Of a stretch of DNA of 64,000 nt, positions 41,801 to 51,800 are shown piece by piece. Position 1 is the stretch's first letter. Every line of letters starts with the position of its first letter. The position numbers were made by a program, and so were the translations under genes. Source of the stretch: Bacteroidales bacterium. Lineage in GTDB: Bacteria > Bacteroidota > Bacteroidia > Bacteroidales > WRLA01. Location: contig OY781463.1 in assembly GCA_963676725.1 (NCBI GenBank), forward strand, positions 205,421 to 269,420. Direction: 5' to 3'. The notes under the pieces were generated by a model that saw only the letters and a list, made by a program, of their open reading frames with translations, was not told the origin of the DNA and did no database searches.

Positions 41801-42545
41801 GGCTTGCATCATTTTTAAGGAATGATGCTTTGCCGTTTTTTATTTGTATGATCCCTTGCAGGCGGCTGAATAAAAGGCTGTCTCCTTTAAAAATATCCAT
41901 GCCTATGATTTCAGTGCTTTGAGGCAGCCCTTCTATGAATGAGGTCTTTTCTGTTTTGTGGCCATCAAAAGAAAAGAGCCCGCTGTTTTCGCTTTGAAGG
42001 AAGATTTTGTCCTGAAAAGAAAATGCTCCGATGCAATAAAAATCAAGGGGTATTTTGCGTATTTCTTCTTTGGTTTTTAAGTAAATTTTATTTTCCGATA
42101 CAAAAATAATCGTCCCGGAAATTTCTCCAATATGAAATACAGTTCCCTCAAAAACAGTATTTTCTGCAAGTGGTTTAAATGAGCTTTGTCCGTTTTGGGC
42201 TTTTTGGATAAAACCACATTCATTGCGGCCGCCGGCATAAACCTGCCCATTGGAGGCTGTGTATAATGATGTGATCATATTATAAGAAGGGGTGGGGATT
42301 AGGGACCAAAGGGCGCCATTATAGGTGATGATTCCCGAGAAATTCCCCACATACAAAATGCCGAGGCTATCGCGGCATAATGAGAAATTTTGTTCCTTGC
42401 CCTGATATTCTTCTGCCGAAAAGAAATGAATCAAAGGACTGCCAGAGAAAGGAATGTTCTCTTCCTGAGCGAAAATGTTTTTGCTGCTTCCAAGAATCAG
42501 AAGCAGTATCGTAAGGATTATGTGACCTGAGATATGATTTTTCAT
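38859..42545 (-). CDS. Large membrane sensor kinase-like protein (periplasmic two-component-regulator propeller repeats + Y_Y_Y-type domain, TM, coiled coil, GAF-like, DHp with Asp instead of His, HATPase)
   Basis: Signal peptide, then about 700 aa of propeller-like repeats, then FSYRLKGLNDSWSEWS (Y_Y_Y region). TM helix MAYLAYIFTLILIIVLYI. Degenerate H-box LTQGIVDRIINPLN (Asp codon 39579-39581). N-box HLLRNAFYT, G1 KDYGMGI, G2 GTGTGL. Confidence 0.85.
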   Translation of the reverse strand: MKNHISGHIILTILLLILGSSKNIFAQEENIPFSGSPLIHFFSAEEYQGKEQNFSLCRDSLGILYVGNFSGIITYNGALWSLIPTPSYNMITSLYTASNGQVYAGGRNECGFIQKAQNGQSSFKPLAENTVFEGTVFHIGEISGTIIFVSENKIYLKTKEEIRKIPLDFYCIGAFSFQDKIFLQSENSGLFSFDGHKTEKTSFIEGLPQSTEIIGMDIFKGDSLLFSRLQGIIQIKNGKASFLKNDASLMAKQGQCSCIQRINNELMMLGTKHKGAFLFNNDGLIQMHTADHPVYGTFDVTAMNYSKKDQNLWLSMNGGIALCAIPSDISLYNRSNGIEGDINALLNYNHQLYVAGMQGLFRMEKEKFTALKEINTACWTLQKDEENNILWAGCSDGLYAINNSGIAKITDEFVLSMVLEGNMIFAGTTRGAFSYNNQTQIKKDIIKNTEIRTVLSDGKNIWFHAPGDGVWRLDIQQTEKPILYPFGDKGLPSNNTSGIFIADNILHINYGGGILIYDKTSNSFSDTELFCKEEINNQWLNPVISLSNSILYTYGAESKESRLFKKTSKCYTVSKQELYRLKGEDIRCAYAPDSNHIWLGGQNKIFLIQTKNNDVRRPETSIFFTKIKAGDSIFDLEQQTTMDIPHKLSHFLFQFASTNFDVGAEVLFSYRLKGLNDSWSEWSQEHSKEYTNLLKGKYEFQVRTKLPDGTESDPITFSFLIHPAWYNTVMAYLAYIFTLILIIVLYIRYRSAQLMRDKQRLEGIIEERTHEINKQKEALKQQSGELSKKNEELEGINNLVKSINAEIQLDLLLDALLKKLQLLPNVDTATSLMFDETLGTYSFTSSAGRKIEQAKHIKLSTEDIEKQYLSQTTEVFEDIFLKNSPQIEFEGKLKNVFEKSSAMIIMLIRYKNRVMGYLIMENMYEHQAFDEEICEQFRNIKEHLVSAFIKTNLLHEIEQTLHSLESTQQELIRKEKLASVGKLTQGIVDRIINPLNYINNFAQLSAELIQEQNEIIKGSESNLSDEDTEELSEITEMLEQNVQKIHEHGTNTARIVKGMENLLRDRSGEKQRTDINSLLTQGAAIVQKEFSTYENGEKIIPILQLNKELNAPIIANGIAQVIYHLLRNAFYTSIQKTKKSNIERLEIEINSCIDGRFAVFSIKDYGMGISELEKKKIFDPFFTTKPTAEGTGTGLYIAKEIIQNHSGRIDVESSINDWTLFTVTIPIS

Positions 42546-45418
42546 ACGCTTTGGCTGTTAAAATGAGCCTGATGATTTTTTTCTCCAAAAACTTGCTCCA
42601 TAAATTCCATATGACTTTCTCTAGATGCTGAATAAAGCAAGAGAAGATTGTTTAGAGTGAATTTATTTAGCTTATAATGTTGGTTTGTTTTATTGTTTAA
42701 ACGAATCTTTTTCTCCGGATTGTTTTCGGGCAATAAGATCAAATCACCGTTTTTGTAGGTACTCTTGGGCTCTGTAATTGTAAGTGTATCATCAACACAT
42801 AAAATGCACTCACTGTAAGGATAGAATACATCATCAACGGATGTGGTTTTGGTATCTTCCAGCAAGATATCTAAAAGTATTGGGTGAATTTGACTCAGGA
42901 TTTTATTGGCATTTGCTGCTTGAATTAAATGGCAGCAATTTTTTTCTGTTTCAGGATTATAGAAAAAAGGCATGAGTTCCGGTGTATATTCAAGGCAAAA
43001 TTTCAAATGTTCAGGATTTCGCTCTTTCAGAATATGAACTGCTGTTTTCTTTAAAAGAGTATTTTTACTGCATATATGTGCTGCAATCAGCTCTGTAAAG
43101 CTTTCCGAAAAATCTTTGAACATAGCAGCTTGTTGCATTGCCAAGGCGATTGTTGTGCTTGAAAACATCCAGATATTGCCCCCGATCAATTCTTTGATGT
43201 GATCGTTCAGTCCTTTCTTTTTTTGTGGGAAAAACCTACTTAGTTTGTCCAGGCTTTCTTCGGTGCTCTCTGAAGTGAAGAGCGGTATCAATACTTCTTT
43301 TAAATTTCCCTGAATGATAAATTCCAATGCTTCTGCAGCAAAACCACTGCTTGCACCCTTTGTGTTTTTTCTGATGCGCTCGAGGCTTTCCGCATCAAAA
43401 AGCAGTCCCAAAGTATTGAAAATACCAGTTTCATAGCGATTTGCATCATTAGTTAGAGCTTTTATTAGGTCGGGCTGGGCGCTGTCTTTTATGTCTTCCA
43501 ATATTCTGTAAATACTACAAATGTCTTCGATTTTGGCATAGATAATGTCTTCCGCTTTTCTTCTAAACTCTCCATTAAAGCGTTCTGTTTTGTTTTTGGT
43601 AATCATCTTAATCGCATAATCCCGTTCGATGGGCGATGGATTGTCTATTTGTTTTTGCAGAAAATCCTGGCCGGAATTTATATGAGATAAAATATTTAAA
43701 ATGGTCATCCTGAGAAGGGTGTCATCTGTGTTTTTTATAAATGCCTGCTCAAGTTCAGTCGGGGCATGAAGGTGGGATAATGAAAATGCTGCAAGATTCC
43801 TATATTCCGGATCAGAAAGATAGGTGAGGAGTTTGCTGATGAGTTCTTTTCGTTTCAGCAATGCTGCAGCCTGAATGCATTCCCGTTTTATGGCTGCATT
43901 TTCTGAGTTCATTAGTGAAATTATTTCATGCACAGCAGATAAGCGTCCGTTTAGGCCTTCCTGTGTGGCATTGCTCACTCTTTGGTCTTTAAAATAACCG
44001 GGATCGGGCATGAGGCTTTGATCGCCAATTTCGAGAGAAGCTTTTTGAAGGATGCCGTTATTTATTTGCGAAGGGCGTTTCTGTTCTGTTTCTTGTTCCT
44101 TTTTAGTGCTGTCTTTTGGATGTATGCCAATCAGAATTTCAATTTTATGCCTGTATTCTTTCATCGTATTGATGACGACCCAAAGCCAGATAATGCCAAT
44201 CGGGATAAAAATATAGTTATAGCTTACAATGCTTTTTACCGGTATATAAGTAAATGCGACTAATGCAAGCCCGGCGATAATACTGCCAATTGCTTTGGGA
44301 ATGCCTTCGATGAAGTTCTGGAAATTTAAGCGCCCTTCAATTGGTATTGCCTGATATAAAACCTGAAAAGATGGATCGTGTATGCCGGAACGTGTCGATC
44401 GCTCAAATAATTTCCCCATGGCAACCAAGACAAAAAATAGGGCAAGGCCTGGAGCAATGCTTCCCAAAATGGCAGCAGGGGCAAGAGTTCCCAATAAAGC
44501 AATGGGCATGATAATTAATCCTATTTTTAGTCCGTAGCGATTGAGTAACCTGCCCGATAACAAAGACTTAAAGAGTAATTCAATCAGAGCCGCAACACCA
44601 AGAAATACACCAAGAAAGCTGGCCAAAACTTCTGTGTCGGGAAAAGTTTTGCGCGTTTCGGCCAAAAAGATGAAATCGACATAATAAATGGCAAACATTG
44701 GAAAAATGGCCAATAGGAAAACAAAAAGCCCAAAACGGTCGCGAATCATTTTTTGCTTTGTTGGAGCATCCTGTTTTTTGTTTTGCTGCACAGGGCTGCC
44801 TTCATTTAGTTCTTTTTGGAACTTTTTTGTGATGATTAACATAAGCGCCAGGCAGATAAGCAGCTCGGCTGCCGAAAGGAACAATAGCCCGGAGGCATCA
44901 ATAAATTGAAGAAGTAGGGGGACAAGAAAGAAACTCAGGATATTTGAAACAACCTCGCCAGAGCTGATAACACTAAACAGCCTTTTGCCTTGTTGGATTT
45001 TAAAAATGCGTCCGGCTATGCCCCAAAAGCCTATGCCATAAACGAATATAAAAACCCGTACCCAAACAAACATGATAAAACTCAGCCAGACAATTTCGCT
45101 TTGTTTGAAAATAATGCTTAACATCAATACGCTGACAAAGAGAAAGATAATCCCGGCTACATTCAGGCTGCGCAGGTTCAGGTGTTTTTGGACAGCCGAA
45201 TAGAGTTTCGACATCCCAAAACCAATCAGACCACTTGCCAAATATGCCCATGGAAGGATTTCGTTTCCATAGAATTTCAGGAAAAGAGCTGTGCCTCCTG
45301 TATAAAAAAATGCAATAGCAGAACCCATAAAAAAGCTATAGGAGGCCATAAGAACCACCACTGTTTGCTCTGCAGCTTTAATATTAAAGAGGTCCGCTAT
45401 TTTTCTTGCGAGATTCAT
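42542..45418 (-). CDS. Fusion protein: N-terminal 11-12-helix MFS-fold domain (ATP/ADP-translocase/Npt-like by eye) + cytoplasmic HEAT/armadillo-like repeats + C-terminal small beta-rich domain
   Basis: About 420 aa of hydrophobic helices (first helix context AEQTVVVLMASYSFFMGSAIAFFYTGGTALFLKFYG). These are followed by about 400 aa of amphipathic helical repeats and a terminal about-110-aa region (ILCVDDTLTITEPKSTYKNGDLILLPE) that could be cNMP-binding/cupin-like. The family call is a recollection, not a search result. Confidence 0.6.
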   Translation of the reverse strand: MNLARKIADLFNIKAAEQTVVVLMASYSFFMGSAIAFFYTGGTALFLKFYGNEILPWAYLASGLIGFGMSKLYSAVQKHLNLRSLNVAGIIFLFVSVLMLSIIFKQSEIVWLSFIMFVWVRVFIFVYGIGFWGIAGRIFKIQQGKRLFSVISSGEVVSNILSFFLVPLLLQFIDASGLLFLSAAELLICLALMLIITKKFQKELNEGSPVQQNKKQDAPTKQKMIRDRFGLFVFLLAIFPMFAIYYVDFIFLAETRKTFPDTEVLASFLGVFLGVAALIELLFKSLLSGRLLNRYGLKIGLIIMPIALLGTLAPAAILGSIAPGLALFFVLVAMGKLFERSTRSGIHDPSFQVLYQAIPIEGRLNFQNFIEGIPKAIGSIIAGLALVAFTYIPVKSIVSYNYIFIPIGIIWLWVVINTMKEYRHKIEILIGIHPKDSTKKEQETEQKRPSQINNGILQKASLEIGDQSLMPDPGYFKDQRVSNATQEGLNGRLSAVHEIISLMNSENAAIKRECIQAAALLKRKELISKLLTYLSDPEYRNLAAFSLSHLHAPTELEQAFIKNTDDTLLRMTILNILSHINSGQDFLQKQIDNPSPIERDYAIKMITKNKTERFNGEFRRKAEDIIYAKIEDICSIYRILEDIKDSAQPDLIKALTNDANRYETGIFNTLGLLFDAESLERIRKNTKGASSGFAAEALEFIIQGNLKEVLIPLFTSESTEESLDKLSRFFPQKKKGLNDHIKELIGGNIWMFSSTTIALAMQQAAMFKDFSESFTELIAAHICSKNTLLKKTAVHILKERNPEHLKFCLEYTPELMPFFYNPETEKNCCHLIQAANANKILSQIHPILLDILLEDTKTTSVDDVFYPYSECILCVDDTLTITEPKSTYKNGDLILLPENNPEKKIRLNNKTNQHYKLNKFTLNNLLLLYSASRESHMEFMEQVFGEKNHQAHFNSQSV

Positions 45419-45421
45419 TTC

Positions 45422-46252
45422 TTAATAGTTGATTGGTTCGAGCTGTGATTTTGGCAAAGCAAAATAGAGGTTTTTATCGGTGAGCCAGCCTTCCCGAATC
45501 ATTGCAACAATAAGGTATCTACCTTCTTTATAAAGGCTTTCAATGTTCTGAAAATCATCAAAATCGATTAATTGATAATCTGAGCCTGCTTGATTATGCT
45601 CGATATATCTCAATAGTTTTTCTTTATCTATGCGATTGTATACAAAATCCACAGGTGTTAGCCTAAGGCTGAGCATAAAAGCTTTTTGAATTCCCAATTG
45701 CAGCTCCGGATGGTAATTATCAAAAACGCAGCCCATTTTATTCAGATGCAAATATGCCGACACACTATTATCTGTCTCCAATAATCCCCTGTCTGTCAGC
45801 ATTCCTTTTTCCATGGCAATAAGGTTCAGGTAATTTACCATATGGAGTCCGGTGTTTTTTCCCTTCAGGCGTTCATCCATGGCAAGTCTAAGGTTAAAGG
45901 TGCATTTATCAGGGGTTTGATAATAAGCACTATATACGCAGGCCAGGAGTTCTCCTTCCTTATTTTCCAGCATTAATGCGTAGCCGAAGAGAATAAAGCG
46001 ATAGATATCATATGCACTCAGGTCGTTTGCAATGCGTTCACCAAAAATAATCCAACGATCATGGGTAAAGCGATAAAGGCGCTCAATATCGTTTAGTTCT
46101 CCTTTGACTAATTTGAGGCCTTGATCGTTAAAGAATCTTTCAATTTCTTGCTTATTGGTTTTAATAAATAGTTCAGTTTCGTGCAGATGTTGCCATTGTG
46201 AGCGGTCGATGCAAATTTCTGCTGGTTTTCGATAAAATGTATAGTCTTCCAT
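45422..46252 (-). CDS. Hypothetical protein with GNAT-acetyltransferase-like core
   Basis: RLAMDERLKGKNTGLHMVNYLNLIAMEKG resembles GNAT motif A (R/Q-x-x-G-x-G/A). AYLHLNKMGCVF resembles motif B. Confidence 0.45.
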   Translation of the reverse strand: MEDYTFYRKPAEICIDRSQWQHLHETELFIKTNKQEIERFFNDQGLKLVKGELNDIERLYRFTHDRWIIFGERIANDLSAYDIYRFILFGYALMLENKEGELLACVYSAYYQTPDKCTFNLRLAMDERLKGKNTGLHMVNYLNLIAMEKGMLTDRGLLETDNSVSAYLHLNKMGCVFDNYHPELQLGIQKAFMLSLRLTPVDFVYNRIDKEKLLRYIEHNQAGSDYQLIDFDDFQNIESLYKEGRYLIVAMIREGWLTDKNLYFALPKSQLEPINY

Positions 46253-46267
46253 GATCAGTGTTTGAAA

Positions 46268-48895
46268 TTACCAGATATTGTTGTTTAAACGGTAGCTAAG
46301 TCTTATGAGAAAATTCCTTCCGGCTTGCGGCGTTCGCCAGGCGTATGCAAAGCCATCGGCTGAGCGTATGCCCGGATCAGAATATTGATGGTCGAGCAGA
46401 TTATAGCAAGAAAATTGCAAATCCATTCCTTTAATGATGTCGAAATAACTAATGCTTGTGTTGATTACTGTTGTTGCGGGGAATGCTCCCGGATTTGCAG
46501 GGACAGATGTGCCCGTGCCTGTTTCCCTTTCTGCAGCCCATTTTCCTCTGATGTTGATATTCAGATGATTAAAAAACTCAATATTCCCGATAATATTCAG
46601 TTGATGTGATGCAATATCGCCTATCCTTTGATACTCATCAGTTGGTAGTCCGGACTCGTCTTTGATATTTTCTTCAGGATGGGTATAGGTATATCCTGCC
46701 TGAATGCTGTAATTATCCCTTTTATAATTGAAAAGAGCTTGCGCGCCCATAATATGGAGTTTTCCAATGGCTTGATTTTGTCCTGTATATGAATTTTGCC
46801 AAGGAACAATCACGGTGCCAACGGCTCCATCATAGGTGCTATTGTAAAAAGAGGCTTCAATAAATGAATTTTTGTTAAGATTATAGCCAACAGATACCTC
46901 CAGGTTCGTTACTCTTTCGGGGTTTAGATTAGGGTTGGCCAACAAACGCTGTGGGTTGGTGGCGTATTTCGTCCAATTCGAGGCATCCTGAAAGGCGCTT
47001 GCATAGATGGCTTTAAAAATAAAATCCCCGGGTGTTGCAACAAGCGCAATCCTTGGGTTAAATACAGAGCCATATCCTCCGCTTTTACGGATTTTATTAT
47101 AATCGTACCTTCCGCCTAAGGTGAATATAAACAGCTCTTTCCAATGATAAGAAGCTTGCAAATAGGCTCCAATATTCATAATATTGAAATTATTCCCTCC
47201 GGGCATCAGGTCGCCTGAGCTTGTGCCATCGTCTATTACATTAAGGCTGTCTGGCGGATTGATAAGCATTCTGTAGTCGCCTTGTAAATTGCTGCCTCGA
47301 AATTCAAGGCCACCGATCAGGTCGAAATTGGTTGTTGGCCTATAACTGATTTTTAGTTCATCGCGCACCTGCGAAGATGTTTGATACAGGAAGACCGTTG
47401 TAAACTGAACAGGCGTTTGAAGCACAAATGCATCGGCATTCAGCCCAGAATTCGCATAATTGGCCATGCTCACAGAGCGGCTTAAATCATTTGCATCGCT
47501 TTTTCGGTAATAGGCTAAATTGCTTAGGTGCACACTTTCACTCAGTTGTTTCTCAAACAGACTATAAACATACAATTGTTTCGGATTCCATATCTGGCCA
47601 TTGTCTGAGCCAAGTTTTGACCAATCTGTGAAATAATTCAATCCTCCTGTTTTGGTTTCCCAGAGTTCATAACCAATAGTGAAATTGCCAAAAAGCAGTT
47701 TGCCCGAAAAGAAATAATTGTCGGCAATATTACTGTAAGAGGGAAGTGCATTATCAACTTTCGTATTTAATCCATTGATGTCGAGTTGACGCGCAGCCGT
47801 GTTTCCTGCTTGATTCAGATTGGCGGCAATTGGGTTTCCTGCTGCATCATAACTTATATTATAATAGTCGGCAACCTGAGCAAAATCGGGTGAATTGATA
47901 AATTCTTCCACATTTTGATCAACAGATAAGAGTCGTCCATAATTAATCGTATCATATGCTTCCGTGGAAAAATCGAATTCAGGATAGCCTGAGAGGTCAT
48001 AATCCTCTGTGAAATAGGTTTTAAATGTGCTGATAAAGCTAAACTTTTCAAATTTTCCACCAATGCTGATGTCTGCATATTTTGTGTTCCACGAGCCATA
48101 GCCAACAGAGGCGTCAATGCCTATTTTATGATCTCCGGCCAAATCGGCTGGTTGTTTAGTAATCACATTCACAACTCCTGTAAAGGCATTTGCGCCATAC
48201 ATTGTTGATGCCGGTCCATAGATTACCTCAATACGCTTGATATTGCTCACGGGGTATTGCCGGTTAATGTATGCGATATTTGACCAAAGGTCGTTTTCCT
48301 CCACACCATCAATCAATACGAGCATACGGTCTGTATTGTTTGATCTATACCCACGCTGGTAGATGTTAGAAAAAGTGCCTGCACGTGTGCTTGAGATATC
48401 AAATCCGGGTAGATCGTAAAAAATTTCAGCAAGATTGTTGTATGCTCGTTGCCTTATTTCCAGATCACTCAGAACAATAACGGTGGCAGGGGCTTCGTGG
48501 ATGTTTTCCGCTTTTTTAGAAACAGAGGTTACTTGACGCGAAGCGGCTTCTGCCTTTTTGCTGTTTAGTAATCGTTTGAATTGTGGTGGATCAAAAATAT
48601 TTGCTTCATATGCCGGCGACATCATCAATAACTTCCCCATAAAATGATTTGCTGCATCCAATGAATCCAGGGCCAGGTTTGATAGGATCATTAGGCGAAA
48701 GGCTTCTTCTTCTTGTCTGATGCCAGAATGATTTCCCAGACAATCTTTAAGGATTGCTATGGATTCATTAAAATGACCTGATTCATATGATTTTTTCGCC
48801 TCACTCAGATTTTGCGTGCCACAGTTTTGAGCTGTAAGCATCAAAGGGGCCAAAGCCATGATCAGAAAAAAGATTAGGGTAAATATTCGGTTCAT
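46268..48895 (-). CDS. TonB-dependent outer-membrane receptor with N-terminal TPR-like extension
   Basis: Signal peptide, then about 110 aa of helical extension. Plug motifs: APATVIVLSDLEIRQR, PGFDISS, IDGVEEND, IKRIEVIYGPASTMYGANAFTGVVNVITK. Long beta-barrel ending RLSYRLNNNIW. Its ATG overlaps the upstream stop (ATGA at 48892-48895). Confidence 0.85.
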   Translation of the reverse strand: MNRIFTLIFFLIMALAPLMLTAQNCGTQNLSEAKKSYESGHFNESIAILKDCLGNHSGIRQEEEAFRLMILSNLALDSLDAANHFMGKLLMMSPAYEANIFDPPQFKRLLNSKKAEAASRQVTSVSKKAENIHEAPATVIVLSDLEIRQRAYNNLAEIFYDLPGFDISSTRAGTFSNIYQRGYRSNNTDRMLVLIDGVEENDLWSNIAYINRQYPVSNIKRIEVIYGPASTMYGANAFTGVVNVITKQPADLAGDHKIGIDASVGYGSWNTKYADISIGGKFEKFSFISTFKTYFTEDYDLSGYPEFDFSTEAYDTINYGRLLSVDQNVEEFINSPDFAQVADYYNISYDAAGNPIAANLNQAGNTAARQLDINGLNTKVDNALPSYSNIADNYFFSGKLLFGNFTIGYELWETKTGGLNYFTDWSKLGSDNGQIWNPKQLYVYSLFEKQLSESVHLSNLAYYRKSDANDLSRSVSMANYANSGLNADAFVLQTPVQFTTVFLYQTSSQVRDELKISYRPTTNFDLIGGLEFRGSNLQGDYRMLINPPDSLNVIDDGTSSGDLMPGGNNFNIMNIGAYLQASYHWKELFIFTLGGRYDYNKIRKSGGYGSVFNPRIALVATPGDFIFKAIYASAFQDASNWTKYATNPQRLLANPNLNPERVTNLEVSVGYNLNKNSFIEASFYNSTYDGAVGTVIVPWQNSYTGQNQAIGKLHIMGAQALFNYKRDNYSIQAGYTYTHPEENIKDESGLPTDEYQRIGDIASHQLNIIGNIEFFNHLNINIRGKWAAERETGTGTSVPANPGAFPATTVINTSISYFDIIKGMDLQFSCYNLLDHQYSDPGIRSADGFAYAWRTPQAGRNFLIRLSYRLNNNIW

Positions 48896-51800
48896 TTTTT
48901 GTTAGTTTCGGTGCGATATGGGATGTCTGTGCCAATATATTCCTGCCATTCAAATATTGTGAGTCCGCGTCCTGCTGTTTGTTGTGCTTTTTTTGCCAGC
49001 CGTTCCGGGTCAATTATGGTTTTTATTATTTGATTGTCGGAACCACATGAAATAATCTCTGAATCATCTTCGGCAAACAAAAGGTCGTAAATCCAACCAT
49101 CATGATTGTGAATGGACAATGGGGGCGCATCGGTTTTCGAACAGTCCCAGATTCTTATGTTTTGGTCGTAGCCTGCCGAAGCTAAAAGTCCGCCTGAATG
49201 ATTAAAAGCTAAGGCTTGAACTCCGGATGTATGTCCAATCAATGAAGATTTTTTCCCGTTCTGATCAATGAGAAATACCTGTCCTTTATCGTTGGCACAA
49301 GCCATATTTTTGTTTTTGGCATCATAGGCAATGGCAGTAAGCGGATGGGATACTTCATTAATTATTGTGTTTTCTTCGCCGCTTTCAAGATGAATAAACA
49401 GAAGTTTGCCGTTTTTTAATCCTGCATAAAGGCCGTTTTTTGTTCCTAAGCAACTTGTAATTGGCGCTTCCGTTTTTTGAAGGGCGATAAGGGGATTGCT
49501 TTCTGCATTTGTCTGATCGTATTTATAGATTTGCCCTTGCCCGTCGATACAAATTAATTGGTCGTTGCTGCTGGTAATATGGTATATCATTGCCGGAAGG
49601 GGAATATTTTTCGGCGGGGAGGCATTCGTTAAATCAAAAATCAATAAGTCTTTATTGTAGGTGACTGCGGCCAGATTCCCATTTCCAAAAACAGGGCCAC
49701 TGCTCAGAAATTCTGTGGAAACCGGGCTGTTGATAAGCAGAGGGAGATCTTTATTTCCTGATGCTTGAATCTTTATCAGCTTCCCGTCCTGTGTGGCAGC
49801 GATAATATATTTATTATCAAAGAACTGTAGCTTTTTAATGGCGTCATCGTGCTGGTACATCTGGTCTCCATTCGCAGTAGTTTGGCTTAATGCCTGAAAA
49901 ACATCAGGATCCTGTGGATTGCCTTGGTTCTCTTTGTTCAGACGCCACGCTTCTAGGGCTAAAAGCTGGGGCAATTCCCCTTGAATGCTCTTCGATAAAT
50001 CAACGGCTTGTATTGCGAGAGCCTTGGCAATCGCAAGTTTTCTTAATCTTTGTGCCCTGTTTTCTGAAATTTCTGCTTTAGTTTTTTGTGCTTCAGCAAT
50101 TTGTTTTTGCTCCAATGCTTCTGTTTTTCTTTGTTCGGCCTCATCTTTGGCTTGAACAGCAACTACTGAAGCGCTATCGGCTTTTTCGCGTTCGTATTCT
50201 GCAAGGCTGCGCTCATAAATGGCAATATTTTGCTGGGCAATGGCATATTGTTTCTGTTGCTCTGTTATGAGTTTTTGCTGTTCGGCAATTTCTTGTTGCT
50301 GTTCGGCAATTTTTTGTTGAATAATGGCTTTTTGCCGCTCGGTCTGGGCTGTGTTCCTTTCGCTTACGGCAATTTTTTCTTTTTCAACGGCCTTTCTTTC
50401 AGATGCTTCCGCTTGAAACATTAAGGTAAGGGCATAAACAAAAAGAAGTATCGATAGTATTGATGCAGCACTGAGGATGAGCACAAATTGCCGGGCCCTT
50501 TTCAGTTCTTTTTTTTGTTTTTCCTGTGTGAGCAGTTCTTTGGTTTCTTTTTCATTTTGCGATGTATGCAAGAAACTCATAGCCCTGTCAAAACTATGGT
50601 CATAACGTGAAGCCCATCGTAAATTTGGATGGTTATTATTTTTCCAGTTAATGGCCAATTGAAGTTCAGGATCTTGCCATAAAGCAGCTCTTCCTTCCTG
50701 ATAAAGTGCAGCAGAAGTCGCCAGTCTTTTATAAAGTCGAGCAGAGTGTGCTTCCTCGGCGATCCATTTTTTTAAGCGCACCCAAACACGCATCAGGCTT
50801 TCGTGGCTGATGTCGATCATGGTTTCGCTCATGATTGTATTTGGGAAAGGAGGTGTTAAAAAGGCACGCCCGGGTTTTCTGAAGAGTTCAATCACCGATT
50901 TTACTTCTTGTTCGCTTTCGTTGCAGATGCCTGCGAGTTCTTTCAGGCTGCAAGGCCTGCGCACAATACGGTTTTCTTCACTGATTTCGGTGAGGGCGCG
51001 GAAGGTTTTCTCGCAGATATTTTTTTGGCGATCGGTTTTTAATTCTGCATAAATTTCTTCTGCATGGATGGATAAGGCTTTTTCTATCTTACCGGCGGCG
51101 ATATAGTGTTTAATGCCAAGTGTTTCTGTTCCCCTTTTTGTGGATTGCCAATGATCCCATGTGCGCATTAATGCATGCTGCATAATGGGAAGTTGGTCTT
51201 GATTGTTCCCAATATCTTGGAGTATTTTTTCTGTAAAACCATCTTCCAACTGATGCCCCATTTTCTCCAAAGGGCCTGAAATTGCTTCCAAACAGGCGGT
51301 TCTATCCATGCGCGGAACCAGATAATTGCCTTTATTAATGAGTTCGGTGAGTTTTGGGAAGCGTGTGCAGTCGTATAAAAAATCGGAACGCATGCTAATA
51401 ATGATCCGTAGCTTGCTTCCTTGGATCAGGTCGGAAAGCAAATCTGTAAATATTTGCGCTTCCTTAGATTGTGCTTCGTCGGTAGTAAAACGGAACAATT
51501 CTTCAAATTGATCGAGGACCAATAAGCAGTTCTCCCCCTTTTCAGGGAATTGGGCGATGGTGTTTTTTAATTCTTCGGTTCTGTTTTTAGATGATTGATA
51601 ATCCTTTGGTTCTTCCTTTTTCTTTATAGAAAACAATTGCTCAAGGGCTTCTATTAAATTCTGTACAGGCTGTTTCCCCGGTCGAATAATGGAATATCGA
51701 AATGCATCCGATTGAGCTTTCATGGCGGGAATGATGCCGGCAAGGATCAGTGATGATTTTCCACATCCTGAAGAACCTGTAATGGAGACAAAACGACTGC

